A DNA stretch of 61,987 bases. Origin: Pseudobutyrivibrio sp. (lineage in GTDB: Bacteria > Bacillota > Clostridia > Lachnospirales > Lachnospiraceae). This document shows, piece by piece, positions 21,815 through 32,577 of the stretch (its first letter is position 1; each line of letters opens with the position of its first letter). The notes under the pieces were generated by a model. That model ran no database searches, was not told the DNA's origin, and saw only the letters and a program-made list of their open reading frames with translations. Made by a program: the position numbers and the translations under genes. The DNA lies in assembly GCF_017934625.1 (NCBI RefSeq), contig NZ_JAGBJE010000118.1, one strand, 5' to 3'.

Positions 21815-22756
21815 TTAAAATCCTCTAATCTTAAGCTTTTGTGGCATACACTCGAATACAATATTATTAAGAAATCCTACATGCTCTCCATCTACATGAA
21901 CGCACATCTTATCTTCCATAGATATTTCAATCCTATCGAAATCTATTAAATCAAATCCATCCTTTCCCATATGTTTTCCAGCCACTAGGCTTGGTAACAG
22001 GGTAAGACAACGCAATCTACTAATATCATGGGCTACAAATGCACAAAGATGCCCCGAATCAGCAGTTGCCATAGGCGCCATAGGAATACCTCCACCTTCT
22101 GCCCTACAGTTCATGGCCGCAGCAAAAATTGTGCTTTTTATCTCTCTTACCTCTGATTTACCCTCGTAATCAATCTTAAGCTTTGCATCAGAAAATGGCA
22201 TAGTGAAAATATCCCCAACTGTAAGGAGTCCATATGTAGCTGAACCAGCACCAAAAATATTTAAAAATCTCTTGAGCTTGCTATCAAGAGCCTGCAAACA
22301 TACATAGGCATCCACTCCAATCCCTGCACTTACTCCAAATAATCTAGCCTTATTTTCTCCATCTTTTGTATATTTAATCTTTCCTATATCAAATAGCTTA
22401 TAATTTTCAGATTGCAGTGCTCTATCAACAATTTCAAAAACATCCCCTTCAAGTCCAATTCCACCAACAAAATCGTTAGCAGAGCCAGTTGGAAGTGGCG
22501 TATAATAAGTGTTTTCAAAATCCTCTATGCCGTTTAAAGCCTCATTTAAAGTGCCATCTCCGCCCATAACAAATAGGCCAACCTTTTCTCCTTTTCCTGT
22601 TACTTTTTTTGCAAAATTGGTGGCATCTGCCGGACCAGTTGTAACATAAGCTTCATATTCAAGGTTAAGCTCATCTAAATAGACTTTTAATTTTTCCCAG
22701 GTTTCCTTTGTTTTTCCTGTTCTACTAGCAGTATTTACAATAAATATATTTTTCAT
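21815..22756 (-). CDS. Diacylglycerol/lipid kinase family protein (DgkB/YegS-like)
   Basis: IVNTAS, GGDGTLNE, LPTGSANDF, GIGVDA, EGGG and VDGE motifs. Confidence 0.9.
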   Translation of the reverse strand: MKNIFIVNTASRTGKTKETWEKLKVYLDELNLEYEAYVTTGPADATNFAKKVTGKGEKVGLFVMGGDGTLNEALNGIEDFENTYYTPLPTGSANDFVGGIGLEGDVFEIVDRALQSENYKLFDIGKIKYTKDGENKARLFGVSAGIGVDAYVCLQALDSKLKRFLNIFGAGSATYGLLTVGDIFTMPFSDAKLKIDYEGKSEVREIKSTIFAAAMNCRAEGGGIPMAPMATADSGHLCAFVAHDISRLRCLTLLPSLVAGKHMGKDGFDLIDFDRIEISMEDKMCVHVDGEHVGFLNNIVFECMPQKLKIRGF

Positions 22757-22876
22757 ATCATACCCTTTCATAATTCTAATTGTCGACAATTTAAAAACTA
22801 AAGTCAATGGATTTCTTGCGTTATAAAAAGTAGAATGATAGCATATTATTCATAGATTAAAAAAGAGGGAAAAATA

Positions 22877-24154
22877 ATGGATAGTAAAGAATTTAAAGAA
22901 CGATTTATACACAAGGTTGACCACAACGGACATCGTGCCATGTCTGTGGTCAGTTGGACACTTGCAGCAATATTTATTGGAATTGTTGTAGGTTTATTTG
23001 CCACTGCATTTGGCATTTCAATGAGATATGTTATTCATTTTAGGGAAACTCATACTTATCTAATATACTTTTTGCCGGTAGGCGCTGTGCTAATAACCTT
23101 TATGTACAAACAGATATTAAAGGTTAAGGACAGTGGTACAAACACTGTTATTGCCGCCATTCAATCAGATGAGAAGCTTCCATTTAGATTGGCCCCACTT
23201 ATTTTCGTAGCTACTCTACTAACCCATCTTGTAGGTGGTTCTGCAGGTAGAGAAGGTGCAGCCCTTCAAATGGGTGGTGCTATCGGAAACGGAATCGGAC
23301 GTGTCCTAAAGCTTAATTCCACTAACAAAAAGACAATGATTATGTGCGGTATGAGCGCCGCCTTTTCTGCTCTTTTTGGAACACCAATGGCTGCTGCTAT
23401 TTTCTCCATGGAAGTTGTATCAGTAGGAATTATGCATTATGCTGCATTAGTTCCATGCGTTATTTCCTCATTAATAGCCAGATACATAGCAGCCTACTTT
23501 GGGCTTTCATCAGAGATTTATGAAATCCCAAATATTCCTGCATTTACCATCAAGTCCGCCATCATGATTTGTATTTTTGCAGTTATCTGTGGTATTGCTT
23601 CTATATTGTTTTGTACAATGCTGCACAAATACGAAGAGTTCCTTTCAAGTAAGCTTAGCAATCCTTATATTAAAGCTATAGTTGGTGGTACATCAGTGCT
23701 TATACTTACACTAATCGTAGGAAATACTGATTATAATAGTACAGGTTCCGCTATAATAGCTTCATGCTTTGCTGGCGCAAGCATTAGCATCTTTGCATTT
23801 TTGCTTAAAATGATTTTCACCACCCTTACACTATCCTGTGGATATAAAGGTGGTGAAATCGTTCCTACTTTATTTATTGGAGCAACACTAGGTGCCGCTA
23901 TAGGTGGAATTATAGGAGTTTCTCCAGAGCTACTTGCTGCAGTTGGAATGGGTGCTCTGTTCTGTGGAGTTACCAATTGCCCAATTTCCAGCCTGCTTAT
24001 TTGCTTTGAACTTTTTGGATATGACGCAATGCCTTATTTCTTGCTGGCAGTAGCCTTTAGCTATTGGGTATCAGGCTACACAGGACTATACCGTGCTCAG
24101 AAAATCGTCTACAGTAAATACAAAAGTAACTACATCGATAAGAAGGTTGATTAA
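22877..24154 (+). CDS. ClC-family chloride channel/transporter (EriC-like)
   Basis: GGSAGREGA, GTPMAAAIF.ME and GYKGGEIVPTLFIG motifs. Confidence 0.92.
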   Translation: MDSKEFKERFIHKVDHNGHRAMSVVSWTLAAIFIGIVVGLFATAFGISMRYVIHFRETHTYLIYFLPVGAVLITFMYKQILKVKDSGTNTVIAAIQSDEKLPFRLAPLIFVATLLTHLVGGSAGREGAALQMGGAIGNGIGRVLKLNSTNKKTMIMCGMSAAFSALFGTPMAAAIFSMEVVSVGIMHYAALVPCVISSLIARYIAAYFGLSSEIYEIPNIPAFTIKSAIMICIFAVICGIASILFCTMLHKYEEFLSSKLSNPYIKAIVGGTSVLILTLIVGNTDYNSTGSAIIASCFAGASISIFAFLLKMIFTTLTLSCGYKGGEIVPTLFIGATLGAAIGGIIGVSPELLAAVGMGALFCGVTNCPISSLLICFELFGYDAMPYFLLAVAFSYWVSGYTGLYRAQKIVYSKYKSNYIDKKVD

Positions 24155-24163
24155 ATTTTTAAT

Positions 24164-24264
24164 AAAAAAGAGCTGTTACGCTCTCAAGCCTAAATATTAC
24201 TCCGTCGAACATGGAAAGTTCTCCTTGAGTAATACTTAGAGCTTGATAGTTACAGCTCTTTTTT
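24164..24264. terminator. About 100-nt extended hairpin, probably a bidirectional terminator between ClC and GH36
   Basis: AAAAAAGAGCTGT...ACAGCTCTTTTTT outer stem, TCAAGC/GCTTGA, TATTACTC/GAGTAATA and apical GAAC/GTTC. Confidence 0.75.
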
Positions 24265-24275
24265 TCCAAATCTTT

Positions 24276-26615
24276 TTATTCCGCCTTCTCGACGAAGTAT
24301 AGGCGGGCACCGAAATCTGGGAAGTAACGAACTTCTTCGTTATATCCAGTTCCCACAAAGCTCTGCATTAATTTTACGCCATTAGCGTTTAAGGTGTCAC
24401 CGTATGCGATGTGGTCTTCTGTCTCGCCAGGCATCTTTACGAACTTCGCAATTACATTATGAAGTACTCCATCCTGCTTGATGTGTACAGGTGCAACAGT
24501 ATTCACTAAATCGCCAAAGCCCTTAACATTGTATTCAAGCTTTCTGCCAAAGAAATGATACTTAGTATTATCATCAAGACCTGCCATATCAAGCTTTAGA
24601 TACTGATCTCCTGCAACAATCTCTCTTTGCATAAGCATTGAAACAGATGTGTTCTTATCCTTATCTACAATGCTCCATTCATAGATATTGTCTGCTCTGT
24701 GGCGATAGAAATCTCCAAATTGTAATGTTTTACGATACTGCTTATAAAGCTCTATTTGCGCCTTAACAGCTGCAATATCCTCTGCCTTCATATCGTTTAG
24801 ATTAAGCTCATAGCCAAGCACACCAAAGCTTGCAACCGCAAATCTTGATTCAAGCGGTGTTACTCTAAGTGTCTGATGGTTTGGACATGCAGATACATGT
24901 GCTGTATATGTGCATTGTGGATATCCATAAGAATATCCATCCTGAATTGCAAGACGGCTTACTGCATCAGTGTTATCACTTGCCCAAATCTGTGGATAAT
25001 AGCAAAGTACACCAAGATCAAATCTATTACCGCCAGAAGCACATCCTTCCATAAGAATATCAGGGAATCTCTCAGCTAATGTCTTAAGTAATCTGTAGAA
25101 GCCAAGAACATATCTATGGCTAAGCTCAAGCTGTTTGTCTGCTGGAAGATACTTTGAATAGTAATCTGAGAAGTTTCTATTCATATCCCATTTAATGTAC
25201 GAAAGATTAGGAGTTGAGAACACTTCGCTCATTCTATCAATCATGTAATCAACTACCTCTGGATTACTAAGGTCGAGCAATCTCTGGAAACGCCCCTCTG
25301 AGTGGTCCATTCCTGGAATATCTATAGCCCAATCAGGGTGCTTTCGGTATAACTCACTATCAACATTTATCATCTCAGGTTCAACCCAAAGACCGAACAT
25401 CATACCTAAATCTGTAACCTTCTTTGCAAGTCCCTCAAGACCGCCTGGAAGTTTTTTCTTATTTACAATATCCCAATCTCCTAATGCTCTATGGTCATCA
25501 TTTCTGTCACCAAACCAGCCATCATCCATAACAAATAGCTCAACACCTGCGTTCTTAGCAGTCTTCGCAAGCTTCAGTAATGAGCCTTCGTTGAAATCAA
25601 AATATGAAGCCTCCCAGCTATTAATAAGTACTGGACGTTCCTTTTTCTTCCATGGGCCACGTGTAATATGCTCTCTAACAAATTCATGCATGTTTAGAGA
25701 CATCTGTCTAAATCCATTAGCAGAATATGTAAGCACAGCCTCAGGTGCTTCAAAATCTTCATCTGGCTCAAGTGTCCAGGTAAAGTTCTGTGGATTAATT
25801 CCATATACTACTCTAGTCTTTTTAAATGAAGAAACCTCAGTAGCAGAATAATGATTTCCTGAATATAAAAGATTAAAGCCCCATACATCTCCTGCCTCTT
25901 CAGAAGATTCTGGCTCCGAAATCATAAAAAGTGGATTGCATCTGTTAGAGCTTGTTCCTGTAAACGAAGAATTAACAAGCTTTCCTGCCGGAAGAACAAT
26001 ATCACATTTGTTCATTTCTCTAGTCCAACCACCATGGAAGGATGTAACCTTCATTCCAGGATGATCAAAATCCATAAGCATAGAAAGCATTCTTGTAAGC
26101 TTTACAGCATCCTTAGAAGTATTAATAAACTTTGCTGAGCGAGTAATAACATCGCAATCCTCAAATACAGAATAAGAAAGAATAAGAGTAAAGTTATGAT
26201 TCTTATCCTTTAATGTCACATTGAGAGTTTGAACCTTGCCTGATTCATCATAAGAGCCAGGTAAAGTCTTAAACTCAGGCTTACCCTCAACTATTTCATA
26301 AGAATCATATACAAAATCAAGAGATGTACTACCATCAGCACAAATAACCTCCAGCATTGGTTCTCTCAAATCACCCTTGCCGATTGCCGAAGTTTCTAAT
26401 CTAACATCCTCTAATGTTAAATCTTGATGTTCATTATCATATGTAATTGTGTTACCTGGAGCAAACGCACGCTTTTCTATAAGCACAGAAGGCTCATCCC
26501 CGTGGATGAGCTTTCCATAATACATATGTTCCAGCTGACCTGTTTCCATTACTCTAAATGCGTAAGTAGTTCCTTTGGTATTTAATACAAATACCTTTCC
26601 ATCAGCCTTTATCAT
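24276..26615 (-). CDS. Alpha-galactosidase, GH36
   Basis: NSWEASYFDF, FVMDDGWFG, GLWVEPEM, YIKWDMNR, CASGGNRFD and WASDNTDA motifs. Confidence 0.96.
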   Translation of the reverse strand: MIKADGKVFVLNTKGTTYAFRVMETGQLEHMYYGKLIHGDEPSVLIEKRAFAPGNTITYDNEHQDLTLEDVRLETSAIGKGDLREPMLEVICADGSTSLDFVYDSYEIVEGKPEFKTLPGSYDESGKVQTLNVTLKDKNHNFTLILSYSVFEDCDVITRSAKFINTSKDAVKLTRMLSMLMDFDHPGMKVTSFHGGWTREMNKCDIVLPAGKLVNSSFTGTSSNRCNPLFMISEPESSEEAGDVWGFNLLYSGNHYSATEVSSFKKTRVVYGINPQNFTWTLEPDEDFEAPEAVLTYSANGFRQMSLNMHEFVREHITRGPWKKKERPVLINSWEASYFDFNEGSLLKLAKTAKNAGVELFVMDDGWFGDRNDDHRALGDWDIVNKKKLPGGLEGLAKKVTDLGMMFGLWVEPEMINVDSELYRKHPDWAIDIPGMDHSEGRFQRLLDLSNPEVVDYMIDRMSEVFSTPNLSYIKWDMNRNFSDYYSKYLPADKQLELSHRYVLGFYRLLKTLAERFPDILMEGCASGGNRFDLGVLCYYPQIWASDNTDAVSRLAIQDGYSYGYPQCTYTAHVSACPNHQTLRVTPLESRFAVASFGVLGYELNLNDMKAEDIAAVKAQIELYKQYRKTLQFGDFYRHRADNIYEWSIVDKDKNTSVSMLMQREIVAGDQYLKLDMAGLDDNTKYHFFGRKLEYNVKGFGDLVNTVAPVHIKQDGVLHNVIAKFVKMPGETEDHIAYGDTLNANGVKLMQSFVGTGYNEEVRYFPDFGARLYFVEKAE

Positions 26616-26629
26616 TTTAAAACCTCCAA

Positions 26630-28051
26630 TTAATGACGAGCTTCAATTTCTGTAGTAATCTCGTTCATTTTTTCATCTGTCAATATATAGTGCTTCTTAA
26701 ATACTAACCCACCTACAAGTAAAACCGCTATAGGAATTAGTGTCATAGAAAGTCTAAGTCCCATTCTCTGTGATGTAGTAATACCAGAAATCACATCAGA
26801 TGCAACCTCTTCAGCGTCCTTATCAGAATTGATGTTAAAGATAAATAACACCATTGATGACAGGAAGCCTGAAATACCCGATGCAAGCTTTACAACGAAT
26901 GTCTGCATTGAGAAAATCACAGACTCATCTCTACGATTGTTTTTAAGCTCACCATAATCTACAGTATTAGCAAGAAAAACTGTAATGATAACATTAAGCA
27001 CTCCCACTGCTGCCATAATAAGAGCAGCTGGAATCAAAAGCCAAAATACATTTGATGTGCCTGTCATTGAAATAATAATAATCAAGACATAACCAACAAC
27101 AGCCATTCCAAAGCATGTATAGAAAATCTTTACTGTATCCATAAACTTTCTAAGGATTGGGAATAAAAGCATCATGGCCAAAATCTGGCAGCCGCCACCA
27201 ACAGTATTAAATAATGTAAAATCACCCTTGTAAGTCAAAGGACTAAAATCATATTTAAGGAAGAAATATACTAACTGTTGTGTAATATAAAGTGCAGTGT
27301 TAATCATTACAATTGCAATTACTACAGTCATAGCCTGGTCATTCTGAACCAACGCTCTAAACATATCCTTGATTGAAGCTGACTTCATATCAACAGTAGA
27401 TTTTTCTTTAATGACAGCGCAAGTAATTGTGACAAATACAATAAATATTATTCCAATAATAAGAGCAAATGCACTATATCCTAAACGGTTCTTTTCGTTT
27501 TCTGTAGCTCCCCCAAGAAGTGTTCCAAGTGCTGAAACGCTCATAACTGTTACGATAGATATAAGCGCTGAACCAACACCCGCACAAGAACGTGCAAAAG
27601 CTGAAAGCCCTTCTCGTTCCTTACCACTTTCAGTGAAAGCAGGAATCATTGACCAATAAGGAATATCCATCATTGTATATGTAACACCCCAGAGGATGTA
27701 TGTAACAGATGCATATGCAACAAGTCCAGCACCATCAAGTGTTGGTGGCACACTAAACATCATATATAGGATTATTGCATTTGTTACTGTTCCTATAAAA
27801 AGCCAAGGTCTAAATTTACCCCATTTTGTCTTTGTCTTTGCTACAAGCACACCCATGATAGGATCATTGAATGCATCAAATACTCTTGCAACCATTAAAA
27901 GTATGCCGATTGCTACCGCTGAAATTCCCATTATATCAAGGAAATAAATTGAAATGTATGATGCAGATAGCATGTACACCATATCCTTACCAACAGCACC
28001 TAAGCCGTAGGCAACCTTTTCTGAACCTGATAATTTTTTCTTTGTTTCCAT
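26630..28051 (-). CDS. GPH-family glycoside:cation symporter (MelB-like)
   Basis: GAVGKD, RVFDAFNDPIMG, KWGKFRPW, YTMMDIPYWS and DYGELK...RDES motifs; 12 TM helices. Confidence 0.93.
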   Translation of the reverse strand: METKKKLSGSEKVAYGLGAVGKDMVYMLSASYISIYFLDIMGISAVAIGILLMVARVFDAFNDPIMGVLVAKTKTKWGKFRPWLFIGTVTNAIILYMMFSVPPTLDGAGLVAYASVTYILWGVTYTMMDIPYWSMIPAFTESGKEREGLSAFARSCAGVGSALISIVTVMSVSALGTLLGGATENEKNRLGYSAFALIIGIIFIVFVTITCAVIKEKSTVDMKSASIKDMFRALVQNDQAMTVVIAIVMINTALYITQQLVYFFLKYDFSPLTYKGDFTLFNTVGGGCQILAMMLLFPILRKFMDTVKIFYTCFGMAVVGYVLIIIISMTGTSNVFWLLIPAALIMAAVGVLNVIITVFLANTVDYGELKNNRRDESVIFSMQTFVVKLASGISGFLSSMVLFIFNINSDKDAEEVASDVISGITTSQRMGLRLSMTLIPIAVLLVGGLVFKKHYILTDEKMNEITTEIEARH

Positions 28052-28062
28052 TAGTCTTCTCC

Positions 28063-29526
28063 TTATTTATCCTTCATTCCCATAGCAAGCTCTACAACCT
28101 TATAAGCGCCATCATAAAGTCCTATTGTCTTATTAAGCTTAATGCTTTCGCACATCTCTGTAAGAAGCTTGTCATCCTTCATAAATATATCAATCATCTG
28201 AAGTGTATGAGGAATATCTCTGCACTCTAATGTGCCATCGCCCATTTCCGCCGAATGGATAGCACCCCACATCTCATGCTTACCAACACGCTTGATAAAC
28301 AGCTTTGGTACAGGATAGAATGCAAGTTCTGAAGGCTTTGTTACAAGAACATCGCAGCTCCTCATAAGAAGATTGGTGCAATAAACTGCCTCAAAAATGT
28401 TCTCATGATAAAAGCCATGAATACCTGTAACATCTCCTGTTAATGCATCCTCCGCAAAACTTGTAGTCTTATCAAATTCATTGAAATGCTCTGTAGCAAT
28501 TTCCTTCATTTCTGGGATTTCATTTAATAAATCATCCCATACATTCTTGTAATCTCCAACGTTTACATATAATGCAGCGCGATTTTTCTTTATTTCAGGC
28601 AATAGATACTTGATAATTGCTGCGAAGATTTCCTTTTGGGCTCCAGCGCCACCAATAGTAAGAAGAAATCTCATTGGCTTACCATTTTTCTTTCTATCTA
28701 CTCTTGCTTTACAATCTGTTTCTATATTAGAAACAAGCTCATGATCAATGTAGTGACCCGTGTAAACCAAATCATCATTTGGCATAGGATTACAAACTGC
28801 ATCTCCTGCCATGCCATTGCAAATACGATAGCCCATGTATGCATTCTTGCATTGAATTGCATGAACTGCATCCTCTGCAAAATGAAGCGCCATTGGCCAG
28901 TTATCAGGAATAGCATTTACTACATGCTTCATACCGGCATGTACAGCTGCCTGTGCAGGCCAGGCATGTGTGCCGATTACTGGAATATCCTTTGGCACAT
29001 TCTTAAATACTGTTGCCATAAGCTCAGCATTCTTCTGGTCAGAAGAATTGTAAGAAAGCTTTCTAAAGCCCTCGTAATTCATTGGTTCCCATACAAACTT
29101 GTTAAATAGCTTATTCTTAGAAAGTCTTGAACCCAAAGAATACAATTCATTCTGAGCACTGATAACCTTTGTGCAGGTTGTCTGAGGATATCCATTTAAA
29201 TCCATCCAATATGGTGTGTAGCCAAGTGCCTTAGCAGCAGAGGCCATAGCCATAGATATACGATAATGGCCAAATCCCATACGGATATTTCCAACGATAA
29301 CACCCTTTTCAGTATCAAACTTTTCTGGGCTTTCCCCGTCCTTCAGCAATACATCATATACCCCAAGAGAATCTCCAATATGCTCATTCTTTGAAATTAC
29401 GATATTGTAATCTACATTAGAATCATCACCATATTTTTTGATGTTCTTTTTCTTGGTATTACATGCTTTTTTGTAATCCCTATCAGAAATAACATTTCCA
29501 AAAATTACCTTACTCTTATCTTCCAT
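28063..29526 (-). CDS. Uncharacterised GT-B-fold protein related to the UgtP/MGDG synthase (GT28) family
   Basis: MGFGHYRIS (cf. G.GH), IGTHAWP (cf. STHP), LLTIGGAG (cf. L.MGG..G), LMRSCDVLVTKP (cf. M.A.D..ITKPGG) and GKHE (cf. PGQE). Confidence 0.7.
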   Translation of the reverse strand: MEDKSKVIFGNVISDRDYKKACNTKKKNIKKYGDDSNVDYNIVISKNEHIGDSLGVYDVLLKDGESPEKFDTEKGVIVGNIRMGFGHYRISMAMASAAKALGYTPYWMDLNGYPQTTCTKVISAQNELYSLGSRLSKNKLFNKFVWEPMNYEGFRKLSYNSSDQKNAELMATVFKNVPKDIPVIGTHAWPAQAAVHAGMKHVVNAIPDNWPMALHFAEDAVHAIQCKNAYMGYRICNGMAGDAVCNPMPNDDLVYTGHYIDHELVSNIETDCKARVDRKKNGKPMRFLLTIGGAGAQKEIFAAIIKYLLPEIKKNRAALYVNVGDYKNVWDDLLNEIPEMKEIATEHFNEFDKTTSFAEDALTGDVTGIHGFYHENIFEAVYCTNLLMRSCDVLVTKPSELAFYPVPKLFIKRVGKHEMWGAIHSAEMGDGTLECRDIPHTLQMIDIFMKDDKLLTEMCESIKLNKTIGLYDGAYKVVELAMGMKDK

Positions 29527-29552
29527 TATTTATAACACCCTCCTTATTAATT

Positions 29553-32006
29553 CTAAAAGCACTCAACAGATAGGCATATTTCTACAGGCTCCAAACCTTC
29601 ACTAGAAATAGTAAGCTTGCCATCTCCATCTTCACCAATAGATTTTATATATACTCCAGTTGCACCACCTAATGGAGATACAACCTTTGGTCCAATTATT
29701 TCAAATGGTCCATCCACCTCAAAACTAACAGGCTGATTAAAGAAATACAGCTGATTATCATTTTGATCTGCAATCTTAATCCGTATAAGCGATATATCAT
29801 AGGTATGATGCTCTGTCAGCAATGTATGACTGGCCTTTGCATCAATATGAACTTTGGTTACAGCAGCCTTTTTAACAGTCTTGACTACCTTACCATCCTT
29901 AATTGCTTCGAACTTATACTCCCTGGATTCTCCGCCCCAATCACCAATAAATTTGTTATAGATTGGAACTGCCTTGCTAGGGCTAACATGATGAAATACA
30001 ACGAGTCTAAATGCTATCCATGCAAGAGCTGGAGTAATCTTAAATCCACCTAAGGTAACCTGGTTAAGCGCCTGCTTTATAAGCTTTGCCTGCCCCTTTG
30101 TGAATTCACCATCATTTTCAACTGCATCTCCAACAAAATCATCAATTAGAATAGGACCATGCTTCATATTTTCAAATGTAGAGTCCTTAGGGAAGTATTC
30201 CTTAACAAGTACATCATTCTTATACATCTTTACAGAATCTGCATTTGTAATAATGTATGATTTACCTCTGTTGCAAGCAGGATGCTCTCCTATATCAAAG
30301 CTTGTTGTAATATCAAGCACTGTATCGTTTTCGGAATAAGCTGAATAAACAGATGCTGCAAGCTTTGGATTTCTAAACATATCCATAACGCCGTGGTAAC
30401 AGATTCTATCACCTGAGCCAAAATCCTTGTGAGTGTTGTAATCAAACATGCACCAGCCAAAAGAGCCTGCTATATCAGTCTCTCCTGCAATAGCATTAAG
30501 AACATTCGCATGTCTTATGGCATGCTCCTGTCTATGCTCCTCAGGATCATAAGACTTTGTTGGGAACATATGGCCATTGTACTCGCTAACAAGATATGGC
30601 TTTTCCTCATTCGATGTGATATCGCTCTTTTTAGAACATCCCTTATTGTCCCCTGAATGAACGAAATCGTTATAGGTGTACACATCCTCAAGCAAAGAGC
30701 TCTTTGCATGGGCCCTAACACCACCTGTAGGTCTAGTTGGGTCATACTTATGAGCTATTTCATTAGTACGTTTATAAAACTCGTCATTATCGACAGATTC
30801 GTTAATACGAACGCCCCAAAGAATGATCGAAGGATGATTCCTATATTGAAGAACCATTTCCTTTGTATTTTCCACTGCAATATCCTGCCACTGGCTTCCA
30901 CCGATGTGCTGCCAGCCTGGGATTTCAGTAAATACCAACAAACCAAGCTTGTCACATTCATCTATAAAATACTGTGACTGAGGATAATGAGATGTTCTCA
31001 CTGCATTAAGCGCAAGCTCATCCTTAAGAATCTTTGCATCCAATCTCTGCATAGATTCTGGCATAGCATAACCAACATAAGGATACGATTGATGTCTATT
31101 TAATCCTCTAAGCTTTACCTTTCGCCCATTTAAGTAATAACCATTTTTTCTAAACTCAGAGCTTCTAAAGCCAACCGAAGCCTCATGCTCATCAACCACC
31201 TCATCATCTATAACCAATTGAGTTTTAATATTGTAAAGATGTGGGCTTTCAATATCCCATAACTTTACTGTGGTAGGACCAGTAGTAAGCCTCAAAAGAT
31301 ATCCATCATTTGACTCCTCTAAGCCACCAACAGGCTGAGATATAATCAAATCTTCATCCAGATATTGTCTTATAAAAACATGCTCCCCTACAGCCAACTC
31401 GTAGATATTTTTAGTAAGGTAGCATTCCGTTTTAAGAATCCCCTGCACCTTCATCATCTTAATTTGCTTAGGAGCACGTTTACTGGTTGACACCCTTTCT
31501 AATAAGGATGGCTGTAAAAATATATCTGTAAAATGAGTCTGTTCTTTTATCTCAAAATAAACATCTCTATATATTCCACCATATGTCATATAGTCGATAA
31601 CATATCCAAATGGTGGCTGATTAAGTGTTTCCTTGGAATTAACCTTTACAGTTATAAGATTTTCCTCTCCATACTTAAGAAGTTCGGAAACATCACATGT
31701 TATAGCTGTATAACCACAATTATGATGCTTAACATGCTTTCCATTAACATAAATATCGCAGCTATGACCAACAGCCTCAAAAGTAAGAAAAACCACCTTT
31801 CCGTCCCATTGAACAGGTGCAAAAATACTTTTTTGATAAGCACTCTCCATCTGATATATGCTCTCATCAAAATATGAAAGAGGCGTTTCCTTAACTGTGT
31901 GAGGGATGTTAATTAATGTGCTTTCTTCCATTGGCTCAGCAATCATTCCCTCTTCAAATTTTTCATTAAATCTCCATTTTCTGTCTAAATATATTCTTTG
32001 TGCCAT
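29553..32006 (-). CDS. Beta-galactosidase, GH2
   Basis: HNCGYT, DYMTYGGIYRDV, GLNRHQ, VRTSHYPQ, RNHPSIILWGVRINES and SEYNG motifs. Confidence 0.95.
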   Translation of the reverse strand: MAQRIYLDRKWRFNEKFEEGMIAEPMEESTLINIPHTVKETPLSYFDESIYQMESAYQKSIFAPVQWDGKVVFLTFEAVGHSCDIYVNGKHVKHHNCGYTAITCDVSELLKYGEENLITVKVNSKETLNQPPFGYVIDYMTYGGIYRDVYFEIKEQTHFTDIFLQPSLLERVSTSKRAPKQIKMMKVQGILKTECYLTKNIYELAVGEHVFIRQYLDEDLIISQPVGGLEESNDGYLLRLTTGPTTVKLWDIESPHLYNIKTQLVIDDEVVDEHEASVGFRSSEFRKNGYYLNGRKVKLRGLNRHQSYPYVGYAMPESMQRLDAKILKDELALNAVRTSHYPQSQYFIDECDKLGLLVFTEIPGWQHIGGSQWQDIAVENTKEMVLQYRNHPSIILWGVRINESVDNDEFYKRTNEIAHKYDPTRPTGGVRAHAKSSLLEDVYTYNDFVHSGDNKGCSKKSDITSNEEKPYLVSEYNGHMFPTKSYDPEEHRQEHAIRHANVLNAIAGETDIAGSFGWCMFDYNTHKDFGSGDRICYHGVMDMFRNPKLAASVYSAYSENDTVLDITTSFDIGEHPACNRGKSYIITNADSVKMYKNDVLVKEYFPKDSTFENMKHGPILIDDFVGDAVENDGEFTKGQAKLIKQALNQVTLGGFKITPALAWIAFRLVVFHHVSPSKAVPIYNKFIGDWGGESREYKFEAIKDGKVVKTVKKAAVTKVHIDAKASHTLLTEHHTYDISLIRIKIADQNDNQLYFFNQPVSFEVDGPFEIIGPKVVSPLGGATGVYIKSIGEDGDGKLTISSEGLEPVEICLSVECF

Positions 32007-32567
32007 TTATCTTCCCTTTGTAACGATTCCATCTACCATAACATCAACTACCTCAGCTAATGCTGTAGGATAATCCGTTCCGCTTTCTTTTAAATAATCA
32101 CCCATCAAAAGCTTATCTACACAAGCTTCATACATAAGCTTAAAAATGTTCAAGTCAATCTCTCTTATTTCACCTTCCTCAATTCCCTGCTTAAGTAGCT
32201 CGAAGGTCTTTTCCCAGCCGCCATCCAATCTATTGTTCATTTTTTCATATGCCATTGGATATTTGTTAGCAAGCTGATGCATCGCAGTATAATCAAATCC
32301 ATAATGAGATTCAGGAAGTACAGCAAGTATTCCCCTAATTCTCTCTACCGTACCAAGACTGTCATCATTATATACCTTGTCCTCAGCAGCCTTTATCATG
32401 TCAAAAGCATAATCCATCATGTCACACATGAGTTCATTCTTATCACTAAATATTGTATAAATTGTCTTCTTGCTCATCTTCATCTCTGTAGCAAGATCAT
32501 CCATTGTAAATTTAGGGCCTTTTTCCCTGAACACCTTAAGTGCCCCCTCTAAAATACGTTCGTTCAT
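32007..32567 (-). CDS. TetR/AcrR-family transcriptional regulator
   Basis: N-terminal HTH FTMDDLATEMKMSKKTIYTIFSDK; its stop abuts the GH2 start. Confidence 0.93.
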   Translation of the reverse strand: MNERILEGALKVFREKGPKFTMDDLATEMKMSKKTIYTIFSDKNELMCDMMDYAFDMIKAAEDKVYNDDSLGTVERIRGILAVLPESHYGFDYTAMHQLANKYPMAYEKMNNRLDGGWEKTFELLKQGIEEGEIREIDLNIFKLMYEACVDKLLMGDYLKESGTDYPTALAEVVDVMVDGIVTKGR

Positions 32568-32577
32568 ATTTGCTCCC

